From: Camelus dromedarius
Taxonomy: Eukaryota
Assembly: GCF_036321535.1 (NCBI RefSeq)
Contig: NC_087436.1
Location: 89,964,001 to 90,028,000 of the forward strand
Reading direction: 5' to 3'
DNA: 64,000 nucleotides
The notes beneath the pieces were generated by a model that worked only from the letters and a program-made list of their open reading frames with translations, was not told the DNA's origin and made no database searches. Numbering within the stretch: position 1 is the stretch's first letter; every line of letters begins with the position of its first letter. Shown one piece after another: positions 12,846-25,865 of this stretch. The position numbers were made by a program, and so were the translations under genes.

Positions 12846-13639
12846 AGTTTCCAATCAACTTTCTGGAGAGTTGCTAAACAGACTGATAATGTAAGTATGG
12901 GTTTTCTATTTTGAATGCAGAGGAGACATCAGTAGTAAAAGACAGGTCTTGCTTCTACTCTCAAGTGACAGAACTGCATAAATGGTCAATGTTTTATATT
13001 AAAATAAAGTATCATCATCCTTGTAATTAGTGAAAATGCTTTGTAAAGACTAGTAATAGGTTTTAGACCCTTTCTACTGTGATAAAATTTATTTATTTAC
13101 TTATTTATTTATTATTGTGTATAAATGTGTTGATATTCAATGAAAAAGTGGAGATCTGTGTCAGACCCTGCAAATCAGAACCATGTGTAACAGGTGAAGT
13201 GTCTAATGCTGACCTAGCATATGCTCATAGAGAAATCTCTATCTGCTCACTTCCAGTCCGACCTTGATCACAGGGTGAAGCTGACCCAGTATGCCTTGAT
13301 CCTCTACCAGGTTACCATACACATGGCCAGAAGTGTTTCGGGGTGCCTTCATCATCACATGTTTGGCAATCCACAAATGTCCAGGCTCTGGTTTGGTAAT
13401 AAATTCCTCAAGCAACTGGCCCTGAGTCTCCTTCTCATTCTGCTCTCAGGTAGCCTTGATGGAGAGAGTCTTCCCTTTCATTATCCTCCTCATGTGGTCT
13501 GCGAGGATCCAGATGTATCCATTTCTTCATTTGCTTTTTAAGCTATCCCGTTTTCTCTTCCTTTCTCCATCGTACAGTTCTTATCAATGACAGTTAACAT
13601 GTACTGCTCCAGATTTACTTTGGCAGCCACTATGCAAAG

Positions 13640-13800
13640 ACGTTTCCATAAATCCACTCATTTAATTATCATAAAATATATAAGGCAGGTACTAATATTG
13701 TGCCCATTAACCAGCAGGATGCCTGGAGCACACTGGAGTTAAGTAACTTTCCAGTGTCACACAACCAGGAAGGGGTAAAGAAAGGGACCTCAGCACCAGC
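13640..13800 (-). mobile_element. MIR SINE fragment
   Basis: ctcatttaattatcat...taaggcaggtact...gttaagtaactttccagtgtcacac. Confidence 0.6.
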
Positions 13801-15884
13801 TCTGTTATTATGCAATACTGATTATTTCCTGAAGTTGGGCCATTTTGCTTGGACACATGTACTTCTGTCCAGTTATAGTCTGTGTGATTGCTTATGAAGT
13901 GAATATCTAAAACCTATATAAAGGGGATGAGGGAAAATACCTTTGAGAAGAGATATACAGAAAACATCAGGATAAATACTTCAAGTTAAAACTCAGTCAC
14001 ATCATAGTATATTAGGCTCTTACAACCACACATTGTACTAGATTCTTTATTGAATAGTTTCAATATATAAAATATCCAAGTTTTTACTGGTTTGCTCAAG
14101 ATCCTGATTAAGATACAATCTTTGCTGCAACTTCCTCTTTAATAAAAGTTTAACAAAGTGCTCACGTATAATAGGACTCACTCATTTAGCTGCACCTTGG
14201 AAGCTGTTTTAAAATATAATGATGTCATCAAAACATTTTTATTCTTAGAGAATTTTTTTAGTAGACTCTCAAGATTTATTTGCATAGATATAGGGAGGTT
14301 AAGGAAACCTGGGAGCAAATGCAAATATGATGATCTAATTTTGTGTTTTACATTCATTAATATCATCTTGCAGGATAAAGAGAAAAAATTTCTGATACAC
14401 AATAAAAATCATTTTTTTAAGTTACAGAGACACAGTTGCTCATAAAGAAATGACTAATAAGCTAAGAGCATTTGTGGTTCCCTTGAGGTACATGATTCAC
14501 CCATTAAACATCTTTCTCAAAGAATATTTGCATAACTCTGTAACACTATCACTTTGGTAACTTCCAGAGTTCTTGTGATGGATGAAGATCATAAAATAAT
14601 GAACTCACCTGGGATTCTGTGAAGAAGGTGGCAATAATTGCTCGGGCAACCTTATATTAGATCAATAAACTTTGATATGGAATGCATGAGGCTCCTTGCA
14701 TTACAAATCAACCCCAAAACATCCATATATAGTATGGTCTCTAATAAATGCCGGGTAATGATGCTGAACTCACTGAGAAGAAACATTTGAGAAGGTCATT
14801 GTTCTTTCATAAAGTTTTGTACCTTGGTAGTCTCTGGAAGATGTGGTCTGTATAATTTATGCCACCACTCCCCAACATTTTATATCTAGGTAAGTGTTTT
14901 AGAAAAAGAAATTTGTTAGTAATAGTGGTAGAATTTAGGGGAAAGTCATATATATTTTTTCATATATATTGAAGAGCTCCATATTTGTAGTCAGTGTCTC
15001 CATTTAACAGAAGACACTTGTCCAAGCAATATATGATTGACTGCCAAGATTTGCTAGTGAATGTAAAGAGAAACTCACCCTCTCTGCCAATTAATTTTAT
15101 TCTGTTTCATTTTGTTTCCTGATAAGAAGTCATTTCTAAGAAAATGGCATCTGGAAGCCTCTGCAAAAACATATGCATTAACACCTTCACATGCATGAAA
15201 GTTCCGATACTCACCACTACACAAATGCCTCAGTGCAGAGCCGCCTGCTCAGAAAGCTATCTAAGGTTCTGCCCATCTGGGAGGCCATGCCCACACTACT
15301 GGTCAAAAGAGAATGCTTATACTCACTGTTGTTTCTATTCCCCCTACCCCACTCTCATGTTCAGTCCTTCATCAGTTCTTGTCTCTTCTTTCTTTGAAGT
15401 GTCCCTTGGACCCTTTCCCTTTCCTTCACCCCTAATGCCACTCCCCTCACTTGGGCCTCTGTCTCCTTTACTTTGCCTCTTGAACAAATCCCTTGCCTTG
15501 TCTCTCTCTATTCCGACTCAGCCTCCATCTCACCAGCAGAGGTTTCTTTCTAAAATCCAAATCTGATCACTTCAAGGTACTGCTTAATAGCTAACCATTC
15601 CACAATGAGAAAAATCCAAACTAAGCATAGAAGGTCCTTTATAATAATATGAACACATCCTGAATTACAGACCCTATTTTTTTTTTTTTTTTTTTGCTAT
15701 TTTATTTTCTCTTTCCTTAAAGCACTTTATCCTCTATCTGCAGTGGAGGATTTCTTGACCCCCAAATGGGTTGTATGTTCCTTCTTTGTGACTTTTTATG
15801 TGATTCCCCATCTCCTTGCCATGTGTTCCATCTTCCACTCATCTCTGCCTGTTGAAAACACTTTCAGAACTCAAGACACAGCCT

Positions 15885-15996
15885 GGGGAGGGATAGGGGA
15901 GACATAGCTCAAGTGCTAGAGCACATGCTTAGTATGCATGGGGACTGAACCCAGGACTTCATCTAAAAATAAATAAATAAATAAATAAATTTTAAA
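15885..15996 (+). mobile_element. tRNA-derived camelid SINE (vic-1-like) with TSD; B-box segment inverted
   Basis: Head atagctcaagtgctagagcacatgcttagtatgcat (A-box) and (AAAT)n tail. Direct repeat aagacacagc at 15873-15882 and 15997-16006. Confidence 0.9.
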
Positions 15997-17230
15997 AAGA
16001 CACAGCTTTGCCTGTAGCTTCTTCTGTGAATTATTTTTATCCTTCCCAGAGTTAGTTTTGTCTTTGTGTTATATTAGAACTTTAAATTAAATGTCATTAT
16101 GTTTAAAAAGCATAGAACAATGCCTATTGATATGAAGTATATTCATTTGGTGTCTGGCTACAGTTTATCTTTTAGGTTCTGTCCATTGTGTCTGAGACTA
16201 ATAGCCTATGGATGCCTGTGATTTCTGTAGCTCATTTTAAATCATGCCTTTAATAAATTCTCAAAGTCCATAATTCTTCATGCTCTATACATTATACTGA
16301 TGTGGCTTTTTTTTTTTTTTTGCTTCTCTTTTTAATGCAAATAACAAGGAGGTTAAAGCTTATGTCTGTTTCAAGAATCCTAATTCCACTTGGAATGAAA
16401 TTAACTCCTATAATCATGTATTACAATTTATGATCTTCCTTTGTCTGTAGACTTTCAACCATCTGAAATTATGTTCATAATAATTTAAATCACTTGGCAA
16501 TGCTAATGAACCCCACCTGGGAAATACAAAAGAGCCATAGATATCCATTAATAGTAGCAATATCAGCCAAGCCTGACCACCTCTGCACATTAAAGATCAC
16601 TCTTTGAAAATGACTTCTGACATACGCAACTGTTTGAAATCTTACAAGCCATTTTTCATGAAAACACTTCAGAAAAATAGATTTTCTATGTATTTTTAAT
16701 TTTTTTAAGACTACCTTTTAAAAAAATAGCCAAACGAAGAACCAAAGAGAAATGGCTTAAAAACGTTTGAGGAGGCAGAAAGCTTAAGACTGAAGCCAGC
16801 AGGATATCACTGAATATATCAGATACAGTAAATGGAGAGGTAAAGAAAAGCTCTGGAGGATAATATTAAAATATTTTACAAAGTTTATTAATAACATAGT
16901 ACAAAACACTTGGAATGAAAAATTAGATTGAAGATCAAAAGAAAAATGTAACATATATACCTAAATGGATTCCCCTACTATGAAGACATATGTGACTCCC
17001 CATTTCAAATATCAAGGAGAGTTCAGGTAGTAAGTGTTTAGATAGTAAAGGATATAGTTTCCTTCACAAGAATCTATGAAAAAAATATACTCAGTTCTGT
17101 TAGGTTTGTGAGTTCACTTAATGAAAGTTTGGATAATGGGAATGCTTATATTTTTATTAGCATCATGCATGTCTGTATTAATTTCTCAGATGATTCTTTA
17201 GGCAAAAGTGGTTCTATACCTCAAGAAGAC

Positions 17231-17276
<46 letters not shown>
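17231..17276. repeat. (TAGA)n tetranucleotide microsatellite, ~11.5 perfect units
   Basis: Read directly. Confidence 0.98.
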
Positions 17277-17489
17277 CAGCCATTGGGAGTGGGTTTCTCT
17301 GGAGATCATTTTATTTCTTTTTTTTTGGGAAAGTTTTAAATTTTTCTCATTAAACAATACTGCTTTTATTTTTAACTGCATAAGACAGTTTGTCCTATCT
17401 TTTGTTTTTAGCAATTCCAAGGGGGGAAAAAAAGATCTTTGAACTGAGCAGTTGGAGAGAAGTTAGAATATCTTGAATGAAATCGTTTC

Positions 17490-17990
17490 ACTCTCAGATA
17501 ATGAACTTCAAAATGTCCATATCCCTGCCTGTGTATCTACAAAATTCTTGACCTTCATTAAGATCCACAGTCTACTGACCTCACAATTTCCTTACTTATT
17601 TTTCCTTTTGTGCTGATCTAGGTCCTATGCTCCTTTTATTATAATAAATACTTGGCAAAGACCCTCAATGTTTTGCCACATTTTCTCTCCTTAATACTTT
17701 CCTGGCAAAATCCATATTTGGTTGTTTTGAAATATCAGCCTTCTCTGTACTTCAACACAAACATTTGAAACATGCTGGAGAAAAGCTACACTACTTGGCA
17801 AATTGGTACAATTTAAATCAGTGTCACCACCAAAGGTCACTGATAATTCTCTGTCAATACCAGCTTGTTCTCTGACATGCTTCCTTTATGAAATGATTAT
17901 TTTATTTCTCCTCTCTGATCAGATCTTCAACTTCATCCCCTCAACCGAATTCATTCCCATTTGATGATTCACCTCATTTTTAATTGAAAA
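17490..17990 (+). mobile_element. Degraded L2 body fragment
   Basis: cttggcaaagaccctcaatgttttgcc and catgctggagaaaag resemble L2 ORF2 sequence. Diverged. Confidence 0.45.
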
Positions 17991-18024
17991 ATAGAAGGTA
18001 TCTATTGGAGAGTCTTTTCCTCCT

Positions 18025-18465
18025 GCAAAATTCTTTGTCAGCAAGTAAGTGGTGACTAAAAACAACAGTGACAAGACAAAAATACATTAATTTACTTCTG
18101 TTTAGGTCTGAAGGCAGGCAGATCAGGACTGAATTAAGGGCTTTGCTCCTAAAGTCTCCAGGGATTTGTCCCCTAGCCTTTTCACCGTTTCTCTGCCTCC
18201 ACTCCCAAAAGCACTTCATGGACTAAGATGGCTCCTTTAACCCCACCCATCATGTTTCCATCCAGCCAGAAGGAAGGCAATACGGAGAAAGGAAAAGGGA
18301 ATGTGGCATGTGCCAACTGTCTTATAAGGAGGATGCTGCTTTCATCTAATTGCTCAAAACTTAATCACATGGGCAAAACTAGCTACCAGAGATGCTGAAA
18401 AGTGTAATAATTATTCTAGGCCACCAAGTGCCTAGCCAATAGTAAGGATTCTAATACGATAGAAA
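18025..18465 (-). mobile_element. MaLR LTR (MLT1J/K-like)
   Basis: ctaagatggct...ttgctcaaaacttaatcacatgggcaaaactagctaccagagatgctgaaaagtgta matches antisense MLT1. Confidence 0.7.
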
Positions 18466-18639
18466 TCTAACTGGAAGTTTTCTAATTTTATTAATATTTT
18501 ATAAGAACGAACAAAGCTTTTGGCTTTGGAGATGATCTCTCTTCATATGCATACGTCTATATCCACAGGTTCCACAACTACTGGCAGGGAGGGACCACTA
18601 AGTTTCTTTTTTTTGTTTATTTCTGTTATTACCTTTATT

Positions 18640-20900
18640 TTTTTTCCCCCAGCAATTCTTATGTTTTATTCTTTTGCTACCTTCTTCATTTAAACATTGG
18701 ACTTTTTAATTTTGAAGTTTTCTGTTCTTCTAATATAAATACTGGTGGTCATATATTACCTTCAAAATATTATTTTTACTTCATTTTACAAATTTCCTGT
18801 GTAATAGTTTCATTATTCCACTATAACTAATTTTAAATTTCCTTTAGGGTGATTTCTTTCTTTACTCATAGTTACTAAGAAGTGTACTTTTAAAAAGTTT
18901 ACAAAATAATCGGGAATTTTTATTTATCTTTTACTGTTGATTTCTAACAAGTTGAGTTAAAGTGTATTATGTTGATTACAGATTTCTTTCTGACTATTGA
19001 TACTTGCTTTATGAGTGTATGGAGAATGTTTATTGTTTAAATACTGGGAGGGGATTTCAAACTTTTCAAACAAAATTGTGTTGTTCAAAATGTATAAATA
19101 TTTATAAAAAATTTTCTCTACTTCATCTGAGAAAATTATGACTGTGTGTTTATAATTTTTTCCTTTAGTTTTATCAATTTTTGCTCTCTATAATTGAGGC
19201 TGTTTTATTAGAGGCATATGGATTCACAATTATCTTCTTGGTGAAATAAGCATCTTAAGCTTGGTAGTGATCTTATTTACTCCTAATGAAGATTATCTTA
19301 AAATATGTTGCCTGAATTTAATATAATTTTCATTTGGTAAATATTTTTCCTGAATCAATTTTTTTTCTTTGTTTTTTTACTTTATGTCTTTAAATTATCC
19401 TTATGTTTTAAATAAGCTGTTTTTTACAAACATGTAGCTGGATATTTTTAATCAGTTTTGAAAATTCTTCTTAAATATTAAACGTATTCCATTTTTGCTT
19501 ATTGACAGTTCTAAAAAATATATTTGGATTTATTTCTATTTTTGTATTCTTTTGACTCCTATTTATCCCTCTCTTCCTGTAACATTTTTCTTTTCTACCC
19601 TTTTTTTTAATACCTGAAGTTTTCTTCTTTTAAATTCTACTTTTTCCTTTTTATACATTTAGAGGTTATACTTTCTATTTTCTTATGCATTCTTTTTCTA
19701 TTCTTACTTTTTCATTCATATTTTTATTCTTTTAGTGGATCCCTATCCTTTCTGTGCTCTCACATCTTCTCCAAATTCATTTCCTCTTTTTCTACATTTT
19801 GTAGAAAGTCTTTTCATATATTTCTGTCAGTAGGAACTCTCTCCAAAATATATCACCTTTACTCTTAAGGTATATTTTTCTCAAATATTTTATAACCTTT
19901 GCTATGTTCTCTGGCTTACACTGTTTCTGGTAAGAAGTTTGATTTCAATACTTCTTACTTCTTTTAGGATCATATCTTCGTATTTAATGTTCTCTGGTTT
20001 ATACAGTTTTTTTTTTTCACCCTGTTTAGAATATCTTATGCTTTCTATGTCTGTGGGTTTGTCACTAGGGTATACTCAGTTATCATCTCTTCAAGTATTA
20101 GATTTCTCCTATTTTCTCTAATCTCCTTTCTAATAGTTTGATTAGATATACTTAAAATACCACACTCTATTCTTTATATTGATTCATTTTTTTCCCTCAT
20201 AATTTCCTCTTTTGCCTTTCTGTGCTGCATTCTGGATTATTTCCTTAGATCTTTCTGTTCACTATATTTTTTTTCCAACTATATCTAATATGTTTAACTC
20301 CTCTATTAACATTTTTGTATCAATATTTATGGGTTATATTTTTTTAATTTCCTTCTTTTAATTTTATATTCCTCTGGGAATTTTTTATACTTAACAGTTC
20401 CCTACTTTTTTCTGTATTTTTATCTTTTACTTTAAAAATGTTTTCTATATAATTACTTTTATTATTTTTTTATGTTCTATTATATGAAGTGTTATAGGAG
20501 ATCTAAATTAATTAAGAATGTTTCTTCAATTAGTTTCTCTGACTCGAATAGTTCCATGTTGTCTTATATGTTTGATGATCTTCGTTTATGAGTAAAATAA
20601 TTTGCACTTCAATCTGTGGGAATCCAGAGAACCCACATTGGGTTTCTTTTTTTCCAGAAAAAATCTGCATTTGCTCCTGCAGGCCTCCAAGTGTACTACT
20701 TTCCTGAGATAACTTTGGCCCTTTTAAAGAGGCTAAATATAGGATACACAGCACTTTAACTAAGATTCAAGGTTCAGTCTCTGAGTTGATACTAGTATTT
20801 CTTCCCAGCTGCTTCATTCACCTTTTAGCTTACTGGTTTTTGTTTATCTGCATTTGCTTTTCAAGTAGGAGAGCTATTCCACAGGGATTTTTTTGTTTGT
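18640..20900 (-). mobile_element. Long, heavily degraded ancient L1 (L1ME-like)
   Basis: Strong T-skew with antisense L1 motifs (tttatcttttactgttgatttctaa; ttttatcaatttttgctctctataattgaggctgtttt). Confidence 0.7.
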
Positions 20901-21469
20901 TTTTTTCTTTTGTAGGAGTCCAGACATTCATTAAAATAATGTTTTGAGTAGGATCTAGTTATATTAAGATTCCCTTCACATTTCCTAGCCTATCATTCCC
21001 CAGGGAACTTCGTCTCATATTGTTTTGGTTGTCTTTTGTTTGTAAATGATTTCTTTTGTGTGTAAATGATTTCTTTTTTAAGGTCTTATTTCTATTTGAG
21101 CAAAGTTTATAGTTTTAACATCTAGAAATATTCAGTAACTTAAATATATGAGAGTTTATAGGGTACATATTATATATATATAGCATAAATAACCTCCATG
21201 TACAATGCTGAATAGTGAAAATTGGTTGGTTATTTATTAAACTGTAAATGACAGTTTAAAACTGGAACAACATGTGTTGTTTAATACTCGTTGACAATGA
21301 GAATGAAATGACATTTGAATTTCCATATTATAAAGAATTGTTTTTAACTGGGGAAACAATATAAAGTGAATCTTTCACTAAGAAGTTAGACTTCCAGGCT
21401 GCTCTGACTCATGGTTTATTTAATTAATCTTATATATTACAATGTAGATATTAAATGATTTAATAATAC

Positions 21470-21660
21470 AAAATGATTATACCAGTGTGCATGTATAAAG
21501 CTCTGCAAAATACATCGCCTCATTTAATCTTCACAGCAAATTTGTAGAAACAATGTTGTGGATTTTGTAGATGAGGATATTTCAGCTCAGTGTTTAGGTA
21601 ATTCAGCAAAGCTCAAACACATGCTGAGCCCAAACAGATTTTCCACTTCCAAGTTGAGTG
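21470..21660 (-). mobile_element. MIR SINE fragment
   Basis: cctcatttaatcttcacagcaa...ttttgtagatgagga. Confidence 0.65.
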
Positions 21661-22437
21661 GACCTCCCATTGAATCTTCAGAAAGCACTTTATTTTTCAT
21701 TCATAAAATACTGATTTGTCTTTACAACACCAATCAAAATGTATCTATTAACTTTCATTTTCTTGTAGTGTCTGTATTTCATGTATGGTTTAATCCTTTT
21801 ATAATTTTTCAGACAGTCTTACATAAGAATAAGAAAATTACCTTAAGTCATTTTTAATTTTTTCTGAGTTAGTAGTCTGACAAATGAAGCAAGACACTGG
21901 AGTATTGTTGCTGATTGAAAATTAATCATCCTTGTTCATATTTGTCCATATCTCTGTCAACTGGGGTTTTACAAACTAATTTAAATTGGGCATGATTTTG
22001 ATAAATTGCCCAAGTGTCATTCAATATTAGATATAAGGATTTGGTGACAAGAACCATTTCTTGATGAAAAGTTAATTTTAATTATCTCAAAAACTATTTC
22101 TACATAAATATCTCAGATTGTAAAAGATAATATATTTTCTTTCTACCCCTAAGAAATAAATGTAATTGGTCTAGCCAATAAAAGTAAGAGAAATGAAACT
22201 ATTTTTCTAATTTATTATAACTTATTCAAAGGAATGTAATTTTTTTGATACAGTTCAGCAAAATTTAAATAATATAAACATTGTAAGAGTAAATATGAAA
22301 ACAAAGTTATATGAAGTACTTAGTTCAAAAAATGTGCAAGTTAATATTGTATTAAGAAACACATATACGTGCTATGTGGCTATATTTTAAAATATTATAC
22401 TCCTCTTTTCATTTTCTCTTTTTACAGAAGTCACAGA

Positions 22438-24100
22438 GTAACTTCCACTTCTGCTGAAACTGGAATAACTGGGATGTTGATTTGCTCCCACATCCGAAAG
22501 GTCTAAAACAAATAGACAAAATACATAAAGCAACATTTTTTAATACATTAGACAGACAATGGAGGACAGTAATTTCTGAGAGACAGGAAATAAATGAGGT
22601 GAGCCCTATAGCTTTGAGAAAGTTTAGAGGCCATAGTGTAGGAGTGACAACTAAAGGTGAGCCTGGAGGATTCTGTGAATTGAGGAGAAAGAACTGAGAT
22701 TCCAGAGAAGCCAAGTCAGCTATGGTTCCTAGGGTACACAGAGGGAGATAACTCTGCAAATCAGCAAAAGGTAATCTGGAGTGTTCTGAAAGTTACCCAT
22801 CAGAGCAAATATATGACGAATCTACTCAAGTTTAGGGAAAGAACTATCCAGACAGAGGGAACACTTCCCAGCTCTCACACAGGGATGTTCTCGATGCCTT
22901 TTCTCAAGAGCTGGACTAGAGAAACTCATAATTCACAGAGCATTGAATAGAGAAGTCAAAAAGGTCTTGCCTCAGTACTCACAGATAATTAGCCATAGAC
23001 TGATCCTTGCTTAGAACCCACCTAAAAAATCATAGAAGTGAGACCTGAAATAATCAAACTGTTTTCAAGTAAATTAACTACATCCCAGAACAAAGCTTAA
23101 GATTTATAGGGATGCAAAAATATCCAGCACTCTCAAGGTAAAATTTGAGACAGTTTGAAATCATAATGGAGTAATCATGGTTCAGGCATACAAAATGGAG
23201 TTGGGTGGCCATGGAAGACCTGGTCTCAGACATGTCCCTATACCACTGAGAATTTGAACTTTCTGTGAACTGTACCATATGCAAGGACACTAACAATCAT
23301 TTTTAAAACATCGGCTAGCTGTGACCTTGTGGTCTCAAGATTGTTCCCCATTATAACTATGCAAACATTTGGAACCCCTATCAATTCTTGCTTAACAAGA
23401 ATTCTTACTTCCTGCCAGCTCCAATTAGAATTCTTTATAAACATCTCATGTACCTAACTGTGGCCTTGTGGTTTTTGCCTTCATAAGCTTTCTTCATTTT
23501 GTAGTCCAGCAGAACACAATTCAAGTACTTCCTGAATCTGTGGCTCCCAGGCTGTAGTCCTAACAAACCTCTAATAAATGCCTCTTTATTTTGATCAGGT
23601 CTTTGATTCTGAAATTTTGGTTAACAAATGCATAATGTTTTGTATTCAATCAAATATTACTCAAGGCAATAGAACACAGCCTACAATGGAGAGAATAATC
23701 AACCAGTGAAAACTGACATGAATTTTAGATCAGCAGAACGGGACATTATAACCATGTTACATACTGTCAAATAGTTAGGCAGGGACACAGATGATACAAA
23801 TAAGATCCAAATCAAACTTCTAGATGTAAAAACTCCAATCAAAGATACACTGGATGGGATTTATGGCATTAATATATAATAGGGTTTAATTAGGCATGGA
23901 AGAAGAAAAGCTTAGTGAAATTAAAGACACAGCAGTAGAAGCTATGCAAAATAAATCACACAAAGGAAAAAGAATTTAAAAACTGAAAGAGCAGAAGTGG
24001 GATAAATTCAAGCAGAGAGGGTCTGAAAAAAATGTAAAGACATAACGACTGACAAGTTTCCAAATTTAATGAAAATTATACATTCACAGGTCTCAAATCT
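22438..24100 (+). mobile_element. Ancient L1M 5' UTR/ORF1 region, interrupted by a solo LTR
   Basis: gacaaaatacataaagcaacatttt...gagagacaggaaataaatgaggtgagccctat and aatatccagcactctcaaggtaaaatt are L1M 5'-end motifs. A-rich ORF1-like sequence follows 23630. Confidence 0.75.
23146..23626 (+). mobile_element. Solo LTR, ERV1-type, 481 bp
   Basis: TG...CA termini (tgagacag...tggttaaca) and AATAAA at ~23573. Flanks aatt/aatg form a 4-bp TSD with one mismatch. The host L1 sequence resumes in register on both sides. Confidence 0.8.
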
Positions 24101-25450
24101 CAGGATATATTTGAAGTAGTAGCCAAAGTAGATTTCATGATAGGTTGAATGGGAAGTTTAAGAGAAATACAGTTAAGTACCATATGATCCAGCAATCCCA
24201 CTTCTTTCTGAATGTTTATCCAAAAGAATCAAAATCAAGTTTTCAAAAAGTATATTAACATTTCTTTGGCCTTTGCAGCACTATTTACAATAGCCAAGAT
24301 GTAGATGTCCATCAACAGATGAATGAAGAAAATGTGGTATATACATACAATAGAATATTATTCATCCTTAAAAAAGAAGGGCATTGTGCAGTATGTAACA
24401 ATCTGGATAAACCTGTAGATGTCAAGACAAGTGAAATAAGCTAGTCACAGAAAATAAATACTGCATGATTTCAGTTAGATGAAGTATCAAAAATAGAATC
24501 AAAGAGTGGAACGATGGTTTCTAGGGGCTGAGAGAAGAGGGAAATGGGAAGTCACTAGTAACTGGGCATACATTTTCAGTTAAGAACGATGTGCAAGCTC
24601 TAGACATTGGCTGCACAACATTTTACCTATAAGTCAACAATAAATACACTGAACAAATTCACTCAGAGTAATTCTTATGTTAAGTATTCTTACCATAATA
24701 AATAGAATTTTAAAAATTTTAGAAGAATGGAATTAATATGACCTCAAGATTTTTTTTTATCTGAGTAACTGAAGGATGTAGTTTCTTTCACCTGATACGA
24801 AAATTAAAGAGAGAATCACTGTTTTTCTGAGTTGTAGATATGTTGAGTTTGGAAAGCCATGAGATGTCTCAGTAAAGGTAATGAGATTATATATAATCTG
24901 GTGTCCAGGTGAGCAGTCTAGACTGGAAATATCTAGCATGTAATGATGAGACTAGATGGGATACCCAAGGCACTAAATTTATACAGAAAAGATAAAGGTC
25001 CAACTAAACCTTGGGGCATTCAACCATTAAGTGATTGAAGAGAAGAAAAACACACAACAAAAGATTATTAGAAGAAACAATGTTGGGGCAGTAGGAAAAT
25101 CAAGAGTGTGGTGTATCCTGAAAGCCAAGTGTATCTAGAAGAGGCGTATTTGTCTCTGTTAAATGCTACAGATTGGTCTAAAATGATAACTGGAAGTTTA
25201 CCAGTGAACTTAGCCACGTGAAGGTCATGGTCAACTTGAATAAGAGTAGTTTCTGAAGAGTGGAAAAGTCAGAACCAGATGAGTAAATTTAGGAAGGAAA
25301 TACATTAAAGAAGAAGTTGGACATAAGGACTATCTTCAGAGTTTTGTTTTGGAAAAAAGCACCAATAAGTGGGACAACTACTAACAGAAGAAGAAAGGTG
25401 CTTTTTTTTAATGATGGGAGAAATTTCACCATGTTTGTATTCTGACAGAA
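24100..25450 (-). mobile_element. L2 element (L2a/b-like), split by an L1 insertion
   Basis: caggatatatttgaagtagtagcc before the L1. atgacctcaagattttt..ctgagtaactgaaggatg and gaaggtcatggtcaacttgaataagagtagtttc after it. Confidence 0.75.
24178..24720 (+). mobile_element. L1 (L1MA-like) ORF2 end + 3' UTR inserted in L2
   Basis: taccatatgatccagcaatcccactt...gcagcactatttacaatagccaagat...gtccatcaacagatgaatg...tgttaagtattcttaccataataaa. Confidence 0.9.
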
Positions 25451-25634
25451 ATGTGTTCAGCTGCACAAGATCAGGAGTAGAGTAGGTGGAGGGCCGAATT
25501 TAACTAGGCTGTGGATTTACAAGTGAGTATGCCAAAGTAATAGGGGAACAAGTGGGGCATTCTGTAAGTATTTGTTAAGTTATATTTTTTCCTTTATAAA
25601 ATTCCCTATTTTAGAATTGTCAGTCAACCGGGGT

Positions 25635-25865
25635 AACTCAGATTCAGACAGTTCTTGGTTTGAATCTGTGTTCTACTGCTTAAGTGTCTAATGTTGAGTA
25701 AATTAATTAGCCTCTCTGTGCCTCAGATTCCGCCCCTACAAGATAGGGTTAATAATATCCATCCTCATGGGATTATTGGAAGAATTAAATGAGGCAATGT
25801 GTAAAGCATAGAGCACAGTTCTCTAACACCGTACGTGGCAAAAACTCAATTATTGCTGGCTATTT
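25635..25865 (+). mobile_element. MIR SINE, near full length
   Basis: ggtttgaatctgtgttctact...cctctctgtgcctcagattcc...cctcatgggattattggaagaattaaatgag...gtaaagcatagagcacag. Confidence 0.85.

Noticed and set aside
15144..15566. 140-aa ORF as a gene
   Set aside because: Pro/Ser/Leu-rich product of a pyrimidine-rich tract running into L2-like sequence. No recognisable domain.
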